This document shows positions 1-9,900 of a stretch of DNA of 64,000 bases, one piece after another (within the stretch, counting starts at the first letter, position 1; the number at the start of each line of letters is the position of its first letter). The stretch covers positions 48,685 through 112,684 of IMG/VR virus record IMGVR_UViG_3300036766_000644, one strand, 5' to 3'. The DNA comes from a virus. The translations under genes and the position numbers were made by a program. The notes under the pieces were generated by a model. It did not search any database. It worked only from the letters and a program-made list of their open reading frames with translations, and was not told where the DNA came from.

Positions 1-1511
1 CCTGACGAGTGAATGGCCTCGATGGTCACCGGGGCGGTAGCTACGAACGAAGCACCGCGACGCTGAACGAAGATACCCTTCTGCCCCTTCCTGGGGCCTG
101 CGGCGGAAGCATCACCGACGGTCTTCTTGAACACCGCGGAGCCTTCAAGCTGGCTCATCGCAACTTGCGTCCCAAGGAGATCGGTAGCATCGATAAGCTC
201 GCCGTTCTCAGTGATGCCGACGTACCGGTCGACGTGGAACTCGTCACGACGGCCATCAACGCCGGGTACGCGGTACCGGGAGTTGTGCCCCTGCATTTGG
301 TTGGCAGGCGCTTCGTTGCTCGGACGGAAACGGATGTTCCTCGCGGGGATGCGCTTACCGTCTGCGTCACCGAACAGATTTACGGGATTCGCGATGACCA
401 GCGCTACCACCGGCTTGCCGTCACACTTCCACAACTTGTACGCCCCAGCATCCTTGGGCTCGTGCAGATCGAGATACGGCTGGATGGCCAGAGCGCGATT
501 CACTCGCTTGCGGTCATCCTTGGCGTAGTACCCCTTCACCTTCACGCCCTGGAACGCAGCGGGGGACTTCGGACCGAAGATGTCCTTGAACTCCGCGGAG
601 GTGGTCTTGTCATCCGCCACGTACAGCGCGCCACCGTGATTCTTGATGCCTCCGCCGTAGTCGGCCAGCTTCAGCGCATCGACGAGCGGCTTCTCGCCGT
701 AGAACCACACCGCCTGCTTCAGCATGGTGGGGCGGGTCTCGAACATCTTCGCCGCGGCCTTCTTGACGCGGTTCGGAGCCTTCGAGAGGAAGTCGAGGAA
801 GGCGAGCTTGGGCTCCGTCTGGTTACGAGCTTCGTCGAAGACGCGACCGGCCTGCTTGACGGCGGCTTCAGGCGTGGAGGGTGAAAGTACATCTCGAGAA
901 CTTTGGCGCGCAATCTGCCCAAAGGCCGAGAGTCCTTGGGCTCCAGGTTTCTTCTTAGCCGCGAGCTGTCCAAGCTCATTTGCAAGACGCCGCTGCCGTA
1001 CATACATGCTATCGGAATGGGGGTTCATCCCCTTCGGGAGGCCAGCTTCCTTCTCCTCCGCGTAGCTGTACCGACCCGTTGTGGGCGGAACAACCGTGTT
1101 GCGGATGTCGACGTCCGTCGGCATGGTCTTGGGCGGGGTCACGCCTTTGCCCATGTCGTTCATCGACTGCTTGTCGAGCTCCTCGAGCCACTCCTTCGAG
1201 AGCGGCATGAAGGCGTTGAGATCCTTGTAGTACAGGATGTCGAGCGGCTTGATTTGGTTGTCCGCCATCACCACCGGGACATAGAGCGTCTGCCCATGGC
1301 GGATGATGACGAAGGCCCCAACACCAGAACCCTCTTCGTGGTCTGTCTCGAGCACCTTGAACGTGACGACGTCCGGCGCCACATTGGGTAGCTTGCTCAA
1401 CAGGACGTTGTACGCCATCTGCGAAAGGCCTTGGTCAAACATGGCCTTTGCCTGATCGCTCGTCCCGCCCTGTTGGCCCATCCCCTGCGTTCTCGGTGAA
1501 ATTGCGGGCAT
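1..1511 (-). CDS. hypothetical protein, 3'-truncated by the window edge (at least 503 aa)
   Basis: I translated the minus strand by hand. An uninterrupted frame runs from ATG at 1509-1511, with GGGAGA 6 nt upstream, to position 1 with no stop. GC3 codon bias is strong. It is absent from the ORF track because it has no in-window stop. The plus-strand ORFs 9..884 and 903..1391 are its antisense. Confidence 0.7.
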   Translation of the reverse strand, partial: MPAISPRTQGMGQQGGTSDQAKAMFDQGLSQMAYNVLLSKLPNVAPDVVTFKVLETDHEEGSGVGAFVIIRHGQTLYVPVVMADNQIKPLDILYYKDLNAFMPLSKEWLEELDKQSMNDMGKGVTPPKTMPTDVDIRNTVVPPTTGRYSYAEEKEAGLPKGMNPHSDSMYVRQRRLANELGQLAAKKKPGAQGLSAFGQIARQSSRDVLSPSTPEAAVKQAGRVFDEARNQTEPKLAFLDFLSKAPNRVKKAAAKMFETRPTMLKQAVWFYGEKPLVDALKLADYGGGIKNHGGALYVADDKTTSAEFKDIFGPKSPAAFQGVKVKGYYAKDDRKRVNRALAIQPYLDLHEPKDAGAYKLWKCDGKPVVALVIANPVNLFGDADGKRIPARNIRFRPSNEAPANQMQGHNSRYRVPGVDGRRDEFHVDRYVGITENGELIDATDLLGTQVAMSQLEGSAVFKKTVGDASAAGPRKGQKGIFVQRRGASFVATAPVTIEAIHSS

Positions 1512-1546
1512 TTCATTCTCCCTAAGGCGTGCAGTGTACCACGTAA

Positions 1547-1590
1547 AGCGAAACGGCCGTCGAGTCCAGTATAGGAACCCGACGGCCGTT
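1547..1590. terminator. stable hairpin downstream of the minus-strand 427-aa gene (perfect 11-bp inverted repeat AACGGCCGTCG / CGACGGCCGTT, no U-run)
   Basis: Inverted repeat read directly. Lies between convergent or consecutive minus-strand genes. There is no T tract, so its function is uncertain. Confidence 0.3.
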
Positions 1591-1617
1591 GTGGGCCCTC
1601 AAACTGGTGAGCCCGGC

Positions 1618-2901
1618 TTAGCTCGCCGAGGCGGAAGAGGCGGCGATCTCACGAATCCGGCCGAGCAGTGCGCTCTCCTTCTTCTGGGGCTCGCCGATTT
1701 CGTCCTTGTGCTCCGGGTCCTTCTTGTACTTGTTGTGCTTCGACTCGTCGCCCTTCATCCCCTCCGAGGCCTTCTTCTCGGTGTGTAGGGTGTTGAGGTA
1801 CTCCTGGCGCTGGTCGTGGTCGTAGCCGATCATCCGGCTGATTGCTGCGACCTTCTCGTCGTCGCCCATCGCGGGGAGATACGGACCGACGTCCTCAGCG
1901 GTCTTCTTGAAGAGGACCACGAACGCCTCTTCCTCGGAGGTCTTCGACGCCTGCATCACCGAGTTGGTGCCCGAGGGGCTGTTCTTCGGTGCGTTGGGGT
2001 GCGGCGTCTCCTTGCCGATACGCGAATCTTGGGGCTCCGAGAAGTTCGCGTTGCCGACGCCAACCAGGTACTTGCCCTGGGGACGGTTCTTGTTGTCCAG
2101 CTGCGCCACGGTGTCGATCTTCGCCGAGTCGGTGAGCTTGTTCTTGTCGGTCCCATCGTGCAGGCCGACCAGCTTGTTGGCGATCTTCTTGAGCTCGGCG
2201 TCCAGGCTGCCTTGCTTCGAAGCGGAGCCCGCGTCCTGCGACACAGAGTTGCCGCCGGAAGGAGAATTCGCCGGGCCCTTGGGGTGCTTGCTCATGTCCC
2301 CGATGAGGCCGCCGATGGTGTCGAGCTCAGTCTTTCCGACGCCGTGGTGGTACGCACCCTCGGGGCGCTGCTTCTTGTCGAGCTCGGCGACCTCGCCAAC
2401 GGCTGCAGCCTGCGAAGCGTCATTGCCCTTGTCGCCGCCGTGAATCAGCGCGCCACTGGTGGCCTGCTTCACTTCCGAAGCCGCCTTGTCCATGCACGCG
2501 ACGGCGCTCTCGGCGGCCACGGTCTGGTAGTCAGACTCGGCGGCGGTCTTGGTGAGATCCATCGACATCTTGGCTGCCTCGGGTGACGGGGGCGGCATTC
2601 CTGCGGCCTCTGACCCCTCGGGGTGCATCTCCGGGGGCATCCCGCCAGCACCGGGAGCTGCGGCACCGGCCTGCTCCATCAGAGCGTGTGCGATCTCCAT
2701 GAGCTTCTGCGCAACGGCGGAAAGCTCCTCGGGGGAGTGCCCACCTTCACCGGACATCTCCGGCATTCCTTCTGCGGCGGGCGAATCCGCGACAGCATCA
2801 GCCGCCTCGTCCATCGCTTCCTTGGAAGGAAAGGCAACGATCCCATTACGGACCAGTTCGTATGCTACCCCACGTGCTGCAGCGCGCTTGAAGAGACCCA
2901 T
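1618..2901 (-). CDS. hypothetical protein with internal ~50-aa degenerate tandem repeats (427 aa)
   Basis: Long ORF. The motifs (E/Q)LD(K/N)K(Q/N)RP(E/Q)G..Y..GVG and P.NSPSG.NSV.Q each occur twice. Possible virion or internal protein. Confidence 0.75.
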   Translation of the reverse strand: MGLFKRAAARGVAYELVRNGIVAFPSKEAMDEAADAVADSPAAEGMPEMSGEGGHSPEELSAVAQKLMEIAHALMEQAGAAAPGAGGMPPEMHPEGSEAAGMPPPSPEAAKMSMDLTKTAAESDYQTVAAESAVACMDKAASEVKQATSGALIHGGDKGNDASQAAAVGEVAELDKKQRPEGAYHHGVGKTELDTIGGLIGDMSKHPKGPANSPSGGNSVSQDAGSASKQGSLDAELKKIANKLVGLHDGTDKNKLTDSAKIDTVAQLDNKNRPQGKYLVGVGNANFSEPQDSRIGKETPHPNAPKNSPSGTNSVMQASKTSEEEAFVVLFKKTAEDVGPYLPAMGDDEKVAAISRMIGYDHDQRQEYLNTLHTEKKASEGMKGDESKHNKYKKDPEHKDEIGEPQKKESALLGRIREIAASSASAS

Positions 2902-3002
2902 GAAGTTTTTCTCCTTGTTACGTTGGCCGGAGTGTAGGCCAGAGGTTGTGGTTTTACAATTGAATCAGTCGGCACGCGCCGCTGAGGACAACATAGGAAA
3001 TA

Positions 3003-3452
3003 TCACTCATCCGACGCAACAGGCGCTGTCCGAGAAGAATCGTACGCCTTACCAACCGCCTGCCCAACCGGCGCCAAAAGCATTCCGCCGCCAATCTGTC
3101 CTGCCATTCCGAGAGGGCCTCCTAGCAGAGATCCTGCGGAGCGGCCAAGCAAATCCCCGACGAGCTCTCCACCACCGGTATCAGGATTAGCGCGGGATTG
3201 AAGAAAAGAACCCATGATGGGCCAGGCCAACGCCGCGGCTATTGCACCGGGGCTCCGAGGGAGCGTCTTGGTGATGAGCCCCTTGCTGGGGTGGAAAAGC
3301 TGCCCTTTTTGAAACTGCTTCAGCGCTTCACGCGGCTGTCCGAGCCCTTGGCGCTGTACCTCTTCGAGGTAGTCGTCCCAGCCGCCAGCGCACTTCACAC
3401 CGAAGGAATGCAGAGCCGCACGGACACCTGCGGATTGCGCCAGGGGTAGCAT
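3003..3452 (-). CDS. hypothetical protein, Gly-rich C-terminus (149 aa)
   Basis: ORF whose ATG overlaps the stop of the upstream beta' C-half gene (TGATG). Confidence 0.55.
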   Translation of the reverse strand: MLPLAQSAGVRAALHSFGVKCAGGWDDYLEEVQRQGLGQPREALKQFQKGQLFHPSKGLITKTLPRSPGAIAAALAWPIMGSFLQSRANPDTGGGELVGDLLGRSAGSLLGGPLGMAGQIGGGMLLAPVGQAVGKAYDSSRTAPVASDE

Positions 3453-5251
3453 CAGTACCTTCCCTCAGGGCCCATACCGAATTCGGACCCATATGCGTAA
3501 GCCGAGACTGGGTGGACGCTGTGGCGATCCGATACTGCGCCAGTGCGAGCCCCCTGTAGGAGACTGTCCTTCAAGTAGCGGTGGGCGAGTCGCGCCATCC
3601 AATCGGGGTGCAGAAGAGGATTGCGGGCCATCGGGCGCATCATGAACTCAACCCGAGGGAGATTCGTCGCAACACTGACGTGGGTGACGCCGTGTGATTT
3701 CAACGTCGCAAGTATCGACGCCGAAAGGGGGGTGCCCGCGGTGAAGTGAAGAACTTCTTTGCCCAGCACGCCACCAGCGGCCTGCGCCAGGGGGACTTCG
3801 TGGCTGCTCCTCCCCGCTGCGTCGCGGTACACGTCGTACGGGAGTACTTCACCTTTTAGGAGTTCAGGATGTGCGTCGGAGTGATCGAGAACCTTGATGT
3901 GGTTGAGATCTGCGCGGGCGACCAGTTCAAGGTGCCGCTTATCGACATTGATTCCTTGACCGGAATAGATGTCATGAAGTGTGTCGACGAGATATTGCCG
4001 CCCCACTCCGAAACCTTTGTGTTGGATGAGCTCATCTGGCTTTGGGATCCCTTCGGAGAGGACATCACCGGCCTCCACCTTCTGGCCCACGGTTACGCGA
4101 GGCATCAAATTCGGGCCTACGTAGTGTTGTACCGTATCTACGTAGATATAGGTACCGCCGTGAGACGCGGGCGCAATCTTTGTGACCGCCCCCGTATGTT
4201 CCGCCAAAGCGGCCTTGTTGATGAAGCTCTGCGGAACCTCGAGGAGCTGTCGGATCCCAGGCATCCCCTGAAGCTTCGATGAGCTCCCCTTCAAGGACCG
4301 CCCACCGTGCTTAGCGCCTAGCGCCATTTGCGTCAGCGGCTCTGAGATCGACTGCGCGGCACGGACACCGACGTTGATACCGATGGCATGCGGGCGCCCA
4401 CGCTCATCTAGGCCCTGGCACTTCCGGCAGATCCCCTCAGGGGCGGCGCAGGACATCGGAGACCGTACGTAGACCGTCTTGACGTTGTCCCGTAGTTTGG
4501 ACGCTACGGCCTTGGTCACCAGGTCGTTGCGGTGGAGCCCCGCCTGGTCCTTCGACAGGTATCGATCGACGATGTTTCCGTCGGAGCTTGCTAGGGCGAT
4601 ACCGTTCAGCGTCCCGCAGTCATCCTGGGTGATGACCAACGGGTACATGTTGTTGGTCATGATCTTCAACATGTCGCCCGGCTCAGAGATGGAAATGGCC
4701 GCCTGTACCGTGGCGTGGCGAACGTCGTTACCCGCGGTCCAGTAGTCCGCGGCGCTGAGCCCTTCGGCATAGGACTTGTGCACCAGCCACGGATGAATTG
4801 CGCCGTGACTCGTCGTGACCGCCACCGGGGAGGTGACCGTCTTCATCAGCTGTTCCATGTTTCCACGGGCTCCGGAGAGAGCCATCGCGGTCATGGTGCC
4901 GGGGTGCTGGGCTGTCTGAGCTTTGAGCGCCGCTTGGGCGTCGAGGATGATCTTCTCTCGTGCGTCCCTAGTAGTAGCGTTCTTCAGCGCCGCGATGGCG
5001 GGGAGCATGATCTTGTCGCGGGCGTGGTACATGGGTGTGATGTCGTCGATTCCGACGGACACCCCCTCCAGCGTCGAGATGTCGTCGCCAAGAGCTTTCA
5101 GCTTGCTGACGATGTCAACGTACGCCGTAGGGTCCTCGTTGGCGAGGTCCAACATCTTCTGCGTGAGCTCCTTCTTGCCCATCGCGCCAGTGATGTGTTG
5201 GTGCGCGGGGAGAAGATCGTTGATCAGGTATTTCCCCAGCGTCTGAGCCAT
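3452..5251 (-). CDS. RNA polymerase beta' subunit, C-terminal half (split beta' homolog, 599 aa)
   Basis: SGARGNMEQLMKTV resembles SGARGS..Q. GVRAAQSISEPLTQMALGAKH resembles the AAQSIGEPGTQLTMRTFH trigger-loop and bridge region. SPMSCAAPEGICRKCQG resembles C..GVCAHCYG. Confidence 0.85.
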   Translation of the reverse strand: MAQTLGKYLINDLLPAHQHITGAMGKKELTQKMLDLANEDPTAYVDIVSKLKALGDDISTLEGVSVGIDDITPMYHARDKIMLPAIAALKNATTRDAREKIILDAQAALKAQTAQHPGTMTAMALSGARGNMEQLMKTVTSPVAVTTSHGAIHPWLVHKSYAEGLSAADYWTAGNDVRHATVQAAISISEPGDMLKIMTNNMYPLVITQDDCGTLNGIALASSDGNIVDRYLSKDQAGLHRNDLVTKAVASKLRDNVKTVYVRSPMSCAAPEGICRKCQGLDERGRPHAIGINVGVRAAQSISEPLTQMALGAKHGGRSLKGSSSKLQGMPGIRQLLEVPQSFINKAALAEHTGAVTKIAPASHGGTYIYVDTVQHYVGPNLMPRVTVGQKVEAGDVLSEGIPKPDELIQHKGFGVGRQYLVDTLHDIYSGQGINVDKRHLELVARADLNHIKVLDHSDAHPELLKGEVLPYDVYRDAAGRSSHEVPLAQAAGGVLGKEVLHFTAGTPLSASILATLKSHGVTHVSVATNLPRVEFMMRPMARNPLLHPDWMARLAHRYLKDSLLQGARTGAVSDRHSVHPVSAYAYGSEFGMGPEGRY

Positions 5252-5254
5252 GAG

Positions 5255-5857
5255 TTAGCCGCCGAGGCCGTTATCCGGGGTACCGCCACCACCCTGGAGC
5301 TTGCTCATGGCGTAGGCCATCCCAATCCCCGGGAGTTGTCCCCCGAGGGCGTGACCCCATGTTCCTGCGTGCGCCGGGTCGCCTTTCATTCCACCCATCA
5401 CGTTACTGAGGAAACCGCCATTCGCCGGAGCGGCCGGAGGAGCCGCGGCGCCACCAGCGGCAGGCGCAGCGGCGCCTGCGAGATGACCCTTCACGCCGTC
5501 CCAGATCTGTTGCCCTAGTCCGGGTTGACCCGCCGGTGCGCCAGCAGCGGGAGGAGCGCCAGCAGCGGGAGGAGCGCCAGCAGGAGGTGCGGCGGGAAGT
5601 TGAGGCTTCTTCGTCACACCAACCCCCGCAGTCTGAGGAGCGGCGGCCCCAGCCGCGGCGCCAGCTGCAGGGACGGCGGCCTGCGGCACGGGACCGACGG
5701 CCGGAGCAGCACCTTTAAGCGGCGCAGCCCCAATCGGGGATCCTGTTCGTGCGCTACGGAACACATTCACATTCGTCGGAGGCTTGAACGCCCCCGCCTT
5801 ACAGAACGTACCCCACGCAGCGTTGGACCCCTCGGCGTATGCAAAGTCACTGATCAT
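5255..5857 (-). CDS. low-complexity Ala/Pro/Gly-rich protein (200 aa), probably disordered
   Basis: ORF inside the RNAP operon. Its N-terminus MISDFAYAEG resembles that of the next gene upstream (MMMNLAYAEG). Confidence 0.5.
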   Translation of the reverse strand: MISDFAYAEGSNAAWGTFCKAGAFKPPTNVNVFRSARTGSPIGAAPLKGAAPAVGPVPQAAVPAAGAAAGAAAPQTAGVGVTKKPQLPAAPPAGAPPAAGAPPAAGAPAGQPGLGQQIWDGVKGHLAGAAAPAAGGAAAPPAAPANGGFLSNVMGGMKGDPAHAGTWGHALGGQLPGIGMAYAMSKLQGGGGTPDNGLGG

Positions 5858-6144
5858 ATTGCAGCTCCATCGCGGCCAACGCCGGAGTAGTCGTAAGAAG
5901 AGGCGCCAACGCCCCAGGGAGTAGTCACGCCGCCCCAGCGAACCGGATTACCGAAGCGCTTCTTTTTCTCGTCTTGTGAAGGTGCCTCGTCCTCAAGTTC
6001 GGAGAGGTGCTTGGCGAGACGTTCCGCAGATACACTTAGGTCGCCTTTCGGCATCCCGCGGTGGAAGCTATCGGAAGCGGTCCTGAGACCAAACTCTTCC
6101 TCGGCGCGGGCTTTACCTTCTGCGTAGGCGAGATTCATCATCAA
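5854..6144 (-). CDS. hypothetical small protein (96 aa)
   Basis: ORF with a 4-nt overlap onto the downstream gene. Shares the N-terminal AYAEG motif with its neighbour. Confidence 0.5.
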   Translation of the reverse strand: MMMNLAYAEGKARAEEEFGLRTASDSFHRGMPKGDLSVSAERLAKHLSELEDEAPSQDEKKKRFGNPVRWGGVTTPWGVGASSYDYSGVGRDGAAI

Positions 6145-6286
6145 GGGGAGCTTAGGTTACTTGTTGGAGCTGGACAATCGATTCGGTTTGACAGAGTTCT
6201 CTTTCCAGCCCACCAGAGCCTCGCGCCGCTTAAGCGCTTCCTTCAGCTTCTTCGCGAGATCCTCCGACGCCTGTTGTTGCCCTTCT

Positions 6287-6928
6287 TCAAACGCCCGCTT
6301 GAGGAGTGGTTCCACCGGCGCCTCCTTCGCAGAACATCATCCGGCGTAGATCGTCTGCGTGCTGTTGGTCAGTGAGCGCCATCTGCTCGAGCATCACTTT
6401 GATGGAGAGGTTCTCCCCCGCCATGAGCGATAGGTTACGCAGCTCTTGGATGATCTGCTTCTCAGCCTGAAGCAGGACCATGAAAATCTGGTGGAGGTCG
6501 TTGATGTCCGGGATGGTGCTCACCTTAGGCGTGGGCTCACCACCTAGAGCCGTGATCTTCATCGTGAGGTGGTAGGCGTCTTCACGCTCTTCCCCTGCGT
6601 GCTCCTTGAAGTGGTCGTAGATGACGTCTCGGAAGTGAGCCCGGATCCGGTCACCGTAGTTGATGTACATCATCATCGTGGTGTACTTGAGCTTGAGCAG
6701 CTTCAGGCACTGCGCCACGATCTTTTCCTGAGGGACGGCGAACAGGCCTTCCTCGGGGGAGACGGCCAAGGGATGAACACCCTCAGATGCGGTGGGCTGG
6801 GGGATGGGAACTTCAGCTCCGGCGGCGTCAGACATCTGCGCGTCAGGGGATTGTACTTGCTCCGTAGGAACCTCAATGGCTCCGTCTGACGCGATCTTGT
6901 AGCGCTGCGTGTATACCTTGGTCGTCAC
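6287..6928 (-). CDS. hypothetical protein, possibly ferritin-like four-helix bundle (213 aa)
   Basis: ORF overlapping the beta-beta' stop by 4 nt. Periodic E/H/Q residues (…EHAGEEREDAYH…EKQIIQELRN…LEQMALTDQQHADDLRRM) resemble ferritin or rubrerythrin-like metal ligands. This is a weak call. Confidence 0.55.
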   Translation of the reverse strand: MTTKVYTQRYKIASDGAIEVPTEQVQSPDAQMSDAAGAEVPIPQPTASEGVHPLAVSPEEGLFAVPQEKIVAQCLKLLKLKYTTMMMYINYGDRIRAHFRDVIYDHFKEHAGEEREDAYHLTMKITALGGEPTPKVSTIPDINDLHQIFMVLLQAEKQIIQELRNLSLMAGENLSIKVMLEQMALTDQQHADDLRRMMFCEGGAGGTTPQAGV

Positions 6929-9900
6929 GGGCCCACCTCTACTTTGGTGTTGAGATTTATTTCACCACGCTTGTACGCCGCGTAAGCGTCTGCCTTCGTC
7001 TTGAAGTGGTGCGTTTTGGCGTTGTCCGACCCTACCGCCTTCGTTGCCAAGTGTATCCCTAGCATAGCCTCCATGCGGGGAGCGACCATCAGGCTGTTCT
7101 TCTCTCGGTCGGCGAACAGGAGGTTGGAGAGGGTCAGCCCCTTCACCTCCTGCACAGCGCCTGGGAGGACGGGGACGTGAATCTGGAACGTGTCCCCGTC
7201 GTAGTCGGCGTTCATCCCAAGCTCGATGAAGGGGTTCACCCGAATCGTCTTACCGGCGACAGGGACGGGGTTTGCGCCAACGAAGCCGTAGCGGTGCAGC
7301 GTAGGGGCCCGATTCACCATGACGGGGCGTTCCTTGATCTCCACCATCAAGGCTGTGAGAGCGGCAGGATGCTTCTCCTCTACCATCTCCTTCGAACGAA
7401 CGGCGTTGAACCCCTGGCGCACGAGGCGGGCGATGACGAACTTGCCGTACATCCCCCACAACATGTCGATCGGCAGGCCAATCTCGTCCATGCCCAGAGC
7501 GCCATCGGGAGCGATGGTCCCGCGGCCAGAGACGTCCTGCTGGCGCTTCATGATCTTTTTCTGGAAGAAGCTGCTCTTCGGCGTTGTCTTCCCGGTGATG
7601 TGCTCGAGGAAGCCCTTCACATTGCGCTTCAGGAGCTTCGGGTTGTCCGACTCATGCGTCCCGATGACGGCCCCCACGGCGTTGAACAGATTCTGCCGAA
7701 GCTTGGCGTGTTCATCGGGTGGGAGGATCGGTGACTCAACCTGCCGCTGCAGCGCTTTGTTGTGCAGCATGGCGGCGGCGTAGAGGTAGTTCGCGTCACC
7801 CACGACGAGCTCTGAACCGCCCTTCCCCGCTTGCACTGGGCGCATGATGGGCGGGAGGACCGGGAGCTTGGTCAGCACGTAGGCGTCGCCAGGCTTGAGC
7901 CCCTGCTTGTTCAGCGCGGAGAGAAACTTGAGATGTTTCACCGCGTCGTCCAACTTGACACCACTGCTCTTTTTGATCGATTCTCGAATAGTCTGCATCT
8001 GGCCAGGAACGTCGATGGCGTTCAACTTCTTCTTCACTGCGTCGGCCCCGTGCTGGAACCGGAACAGGTCGAAGTCTTTCGCCGTCATTCCTAGAAGTCG
8101 CCGAGCTGGCTCTGCGAACACAGGGTTTACGACGGACTCGGCCAAGTCGATGTGGCTCCAGCGGGTGCCGTCGGTACCTCCGGTAACCGCCGGGTCGAAC
8201 AACCCACCACGCTCCGCGGCTAGATCTTTGGCGCGGACAAGCTTCTCGTTTTGGATGGCCCCAGAGGACATTCGCATGATGTCCTTGTCCGTGAGAGGCG
8301 ACAGCGTGCTGAGACTCCCTCGAGTGTCCACCTTGACCCCGGCCCCGTGCAGCATGCCGATGAACTTGTCGTAGGCGAACGTCGTCTTCAGCGGAGGCAG
8401 GGGTAGCCCGAGCTGGATGGCCTTCCAGAACTCGTCGTTCTTCTGGCTCTTGATCGCAGCCGTCTCGCGAAGAACGTTGCGGGCGTTGTGCGCTACGAGG
8501 GCGTTGAACTCCATCTTACCGACGGCCTTCGCACCTTCGTCGCCGCCTTTGATGGGCTGCTGATTTACGTCGTACGCCCCAGTACCGCGAGCCGCGAAGT
8601 TGGTCTCGGTGGTCTTGAACAGGCGGAGCACGTACTGCGGCCCGACGAGGATGCCGGGGATCTTCTTGCCCGATACCGGGTCGAACACCGTCTCCTTGTC
8701 CTTGACCCCGTGCTCCTTCATGAGGTCCTTTGTCCACTGCACGTTGTCCCGCCCGGAGAAGTTAGCCACAGCGATCGGTTTACCGATCTTCCTGGCCACT
8801 TTCGCGACACACGTCTCGAGGACTTGAGCCGGGTTGATGCGGGAGATGATGCCTGCGGACGTGTACAGCACGTCCAGGGGTTTACCGCCCTCGTCCTGTA
8901 GCATCTGATGGTCAGGGATGATGCGGGAGACGACGCCCTTGTTTCCGTGGCGTCCCGTGAGCTTGTCGCCTACGCGCATGGGCTCCTTGGTACGCACTGT
9001 GACGAGGACCCGTTTGTCGGTGACGTGAACGTCTGTGACGTCCCCCTCGAAGTCGTGGTCCCAGGTGCGGACGAGCTCACGGTACGGGTTAACGAGCGTC
9101 TTCTTGAAGTTGGCCAGCAGAGTGTCCGACGCGGACAGCTTTCCCTTGGTAACCCCGGCGATCAGGATGTCATGCGGCATGACCTTCATGCCTTTGCGCA
9201 CGACGCCGTTCGCGTCGAGCTTGCGGTACTGGTCCGCGGTGTACTTCGGACCGTAGTACTGGCGGTGCATTTCACGCCCCACGACGGCGTCCCGCTCAAC
9301 CTCCAAAACCTCCTTGTACATGTGCTCCGACGTCAACTTGTCGGCGGCTCCCTCGGAGATGACGACAGCGTCATTCGAGTTCAGCCCGTAGTACGGGATG
9401 TACCCGATGGTCATGTTGCGCCCGAGCGCGAAAGCACCATCGCGGGTGAAGTTGGAATCGGCGAGGCGCTGATTCGCTTCGACGTGATCCCCGGGCTTAA
9501 CGAGGATGTCGTGGTGAAGGTACGTCTTGGATGCGAAGGGAAAGTTGTCCTCGTAGGGTACGCGGATGAGATCTGCTTCGGCTGCGGCCTTCTCGCGCTG
9601 ACGCTCGGAGAGGTAGTCGTCCTGGAACTCGTCCCACGTGTACTCTTCGAGAGACCCAAAGCCCCACTCGGGACCGTGTTTCTGGTACGCCTCCTTCGCA
9701 GCGTCCTTGGAGTCGAAGCCGACCATGCACTTGTCTTCATCGTGCGACCCGTCGCGCTTCTTTTGGCGAACGACGTACACGTGATCGAAGGTACCGTCTT
9801 CCTTCAGGTAGATGTCCACCGTCTCGCCATCATCCCCAACCGTCTTGGGGATGTGCCCGTAGGCGAGAGACATCTTCTTCTCCCACTTCTTGCCCTCAAG

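Noticed and set aside
9-1391. Plus-strand ORFs 9..884 (291 aa) and 903..1391 (162 aa)
   Set aside because: They are Arg/Leu/Gly/His-rich antisense translations of the real minus-strand gene <1..1511. I verified that gene by hand translation. It has clean codon bias and an RBS.
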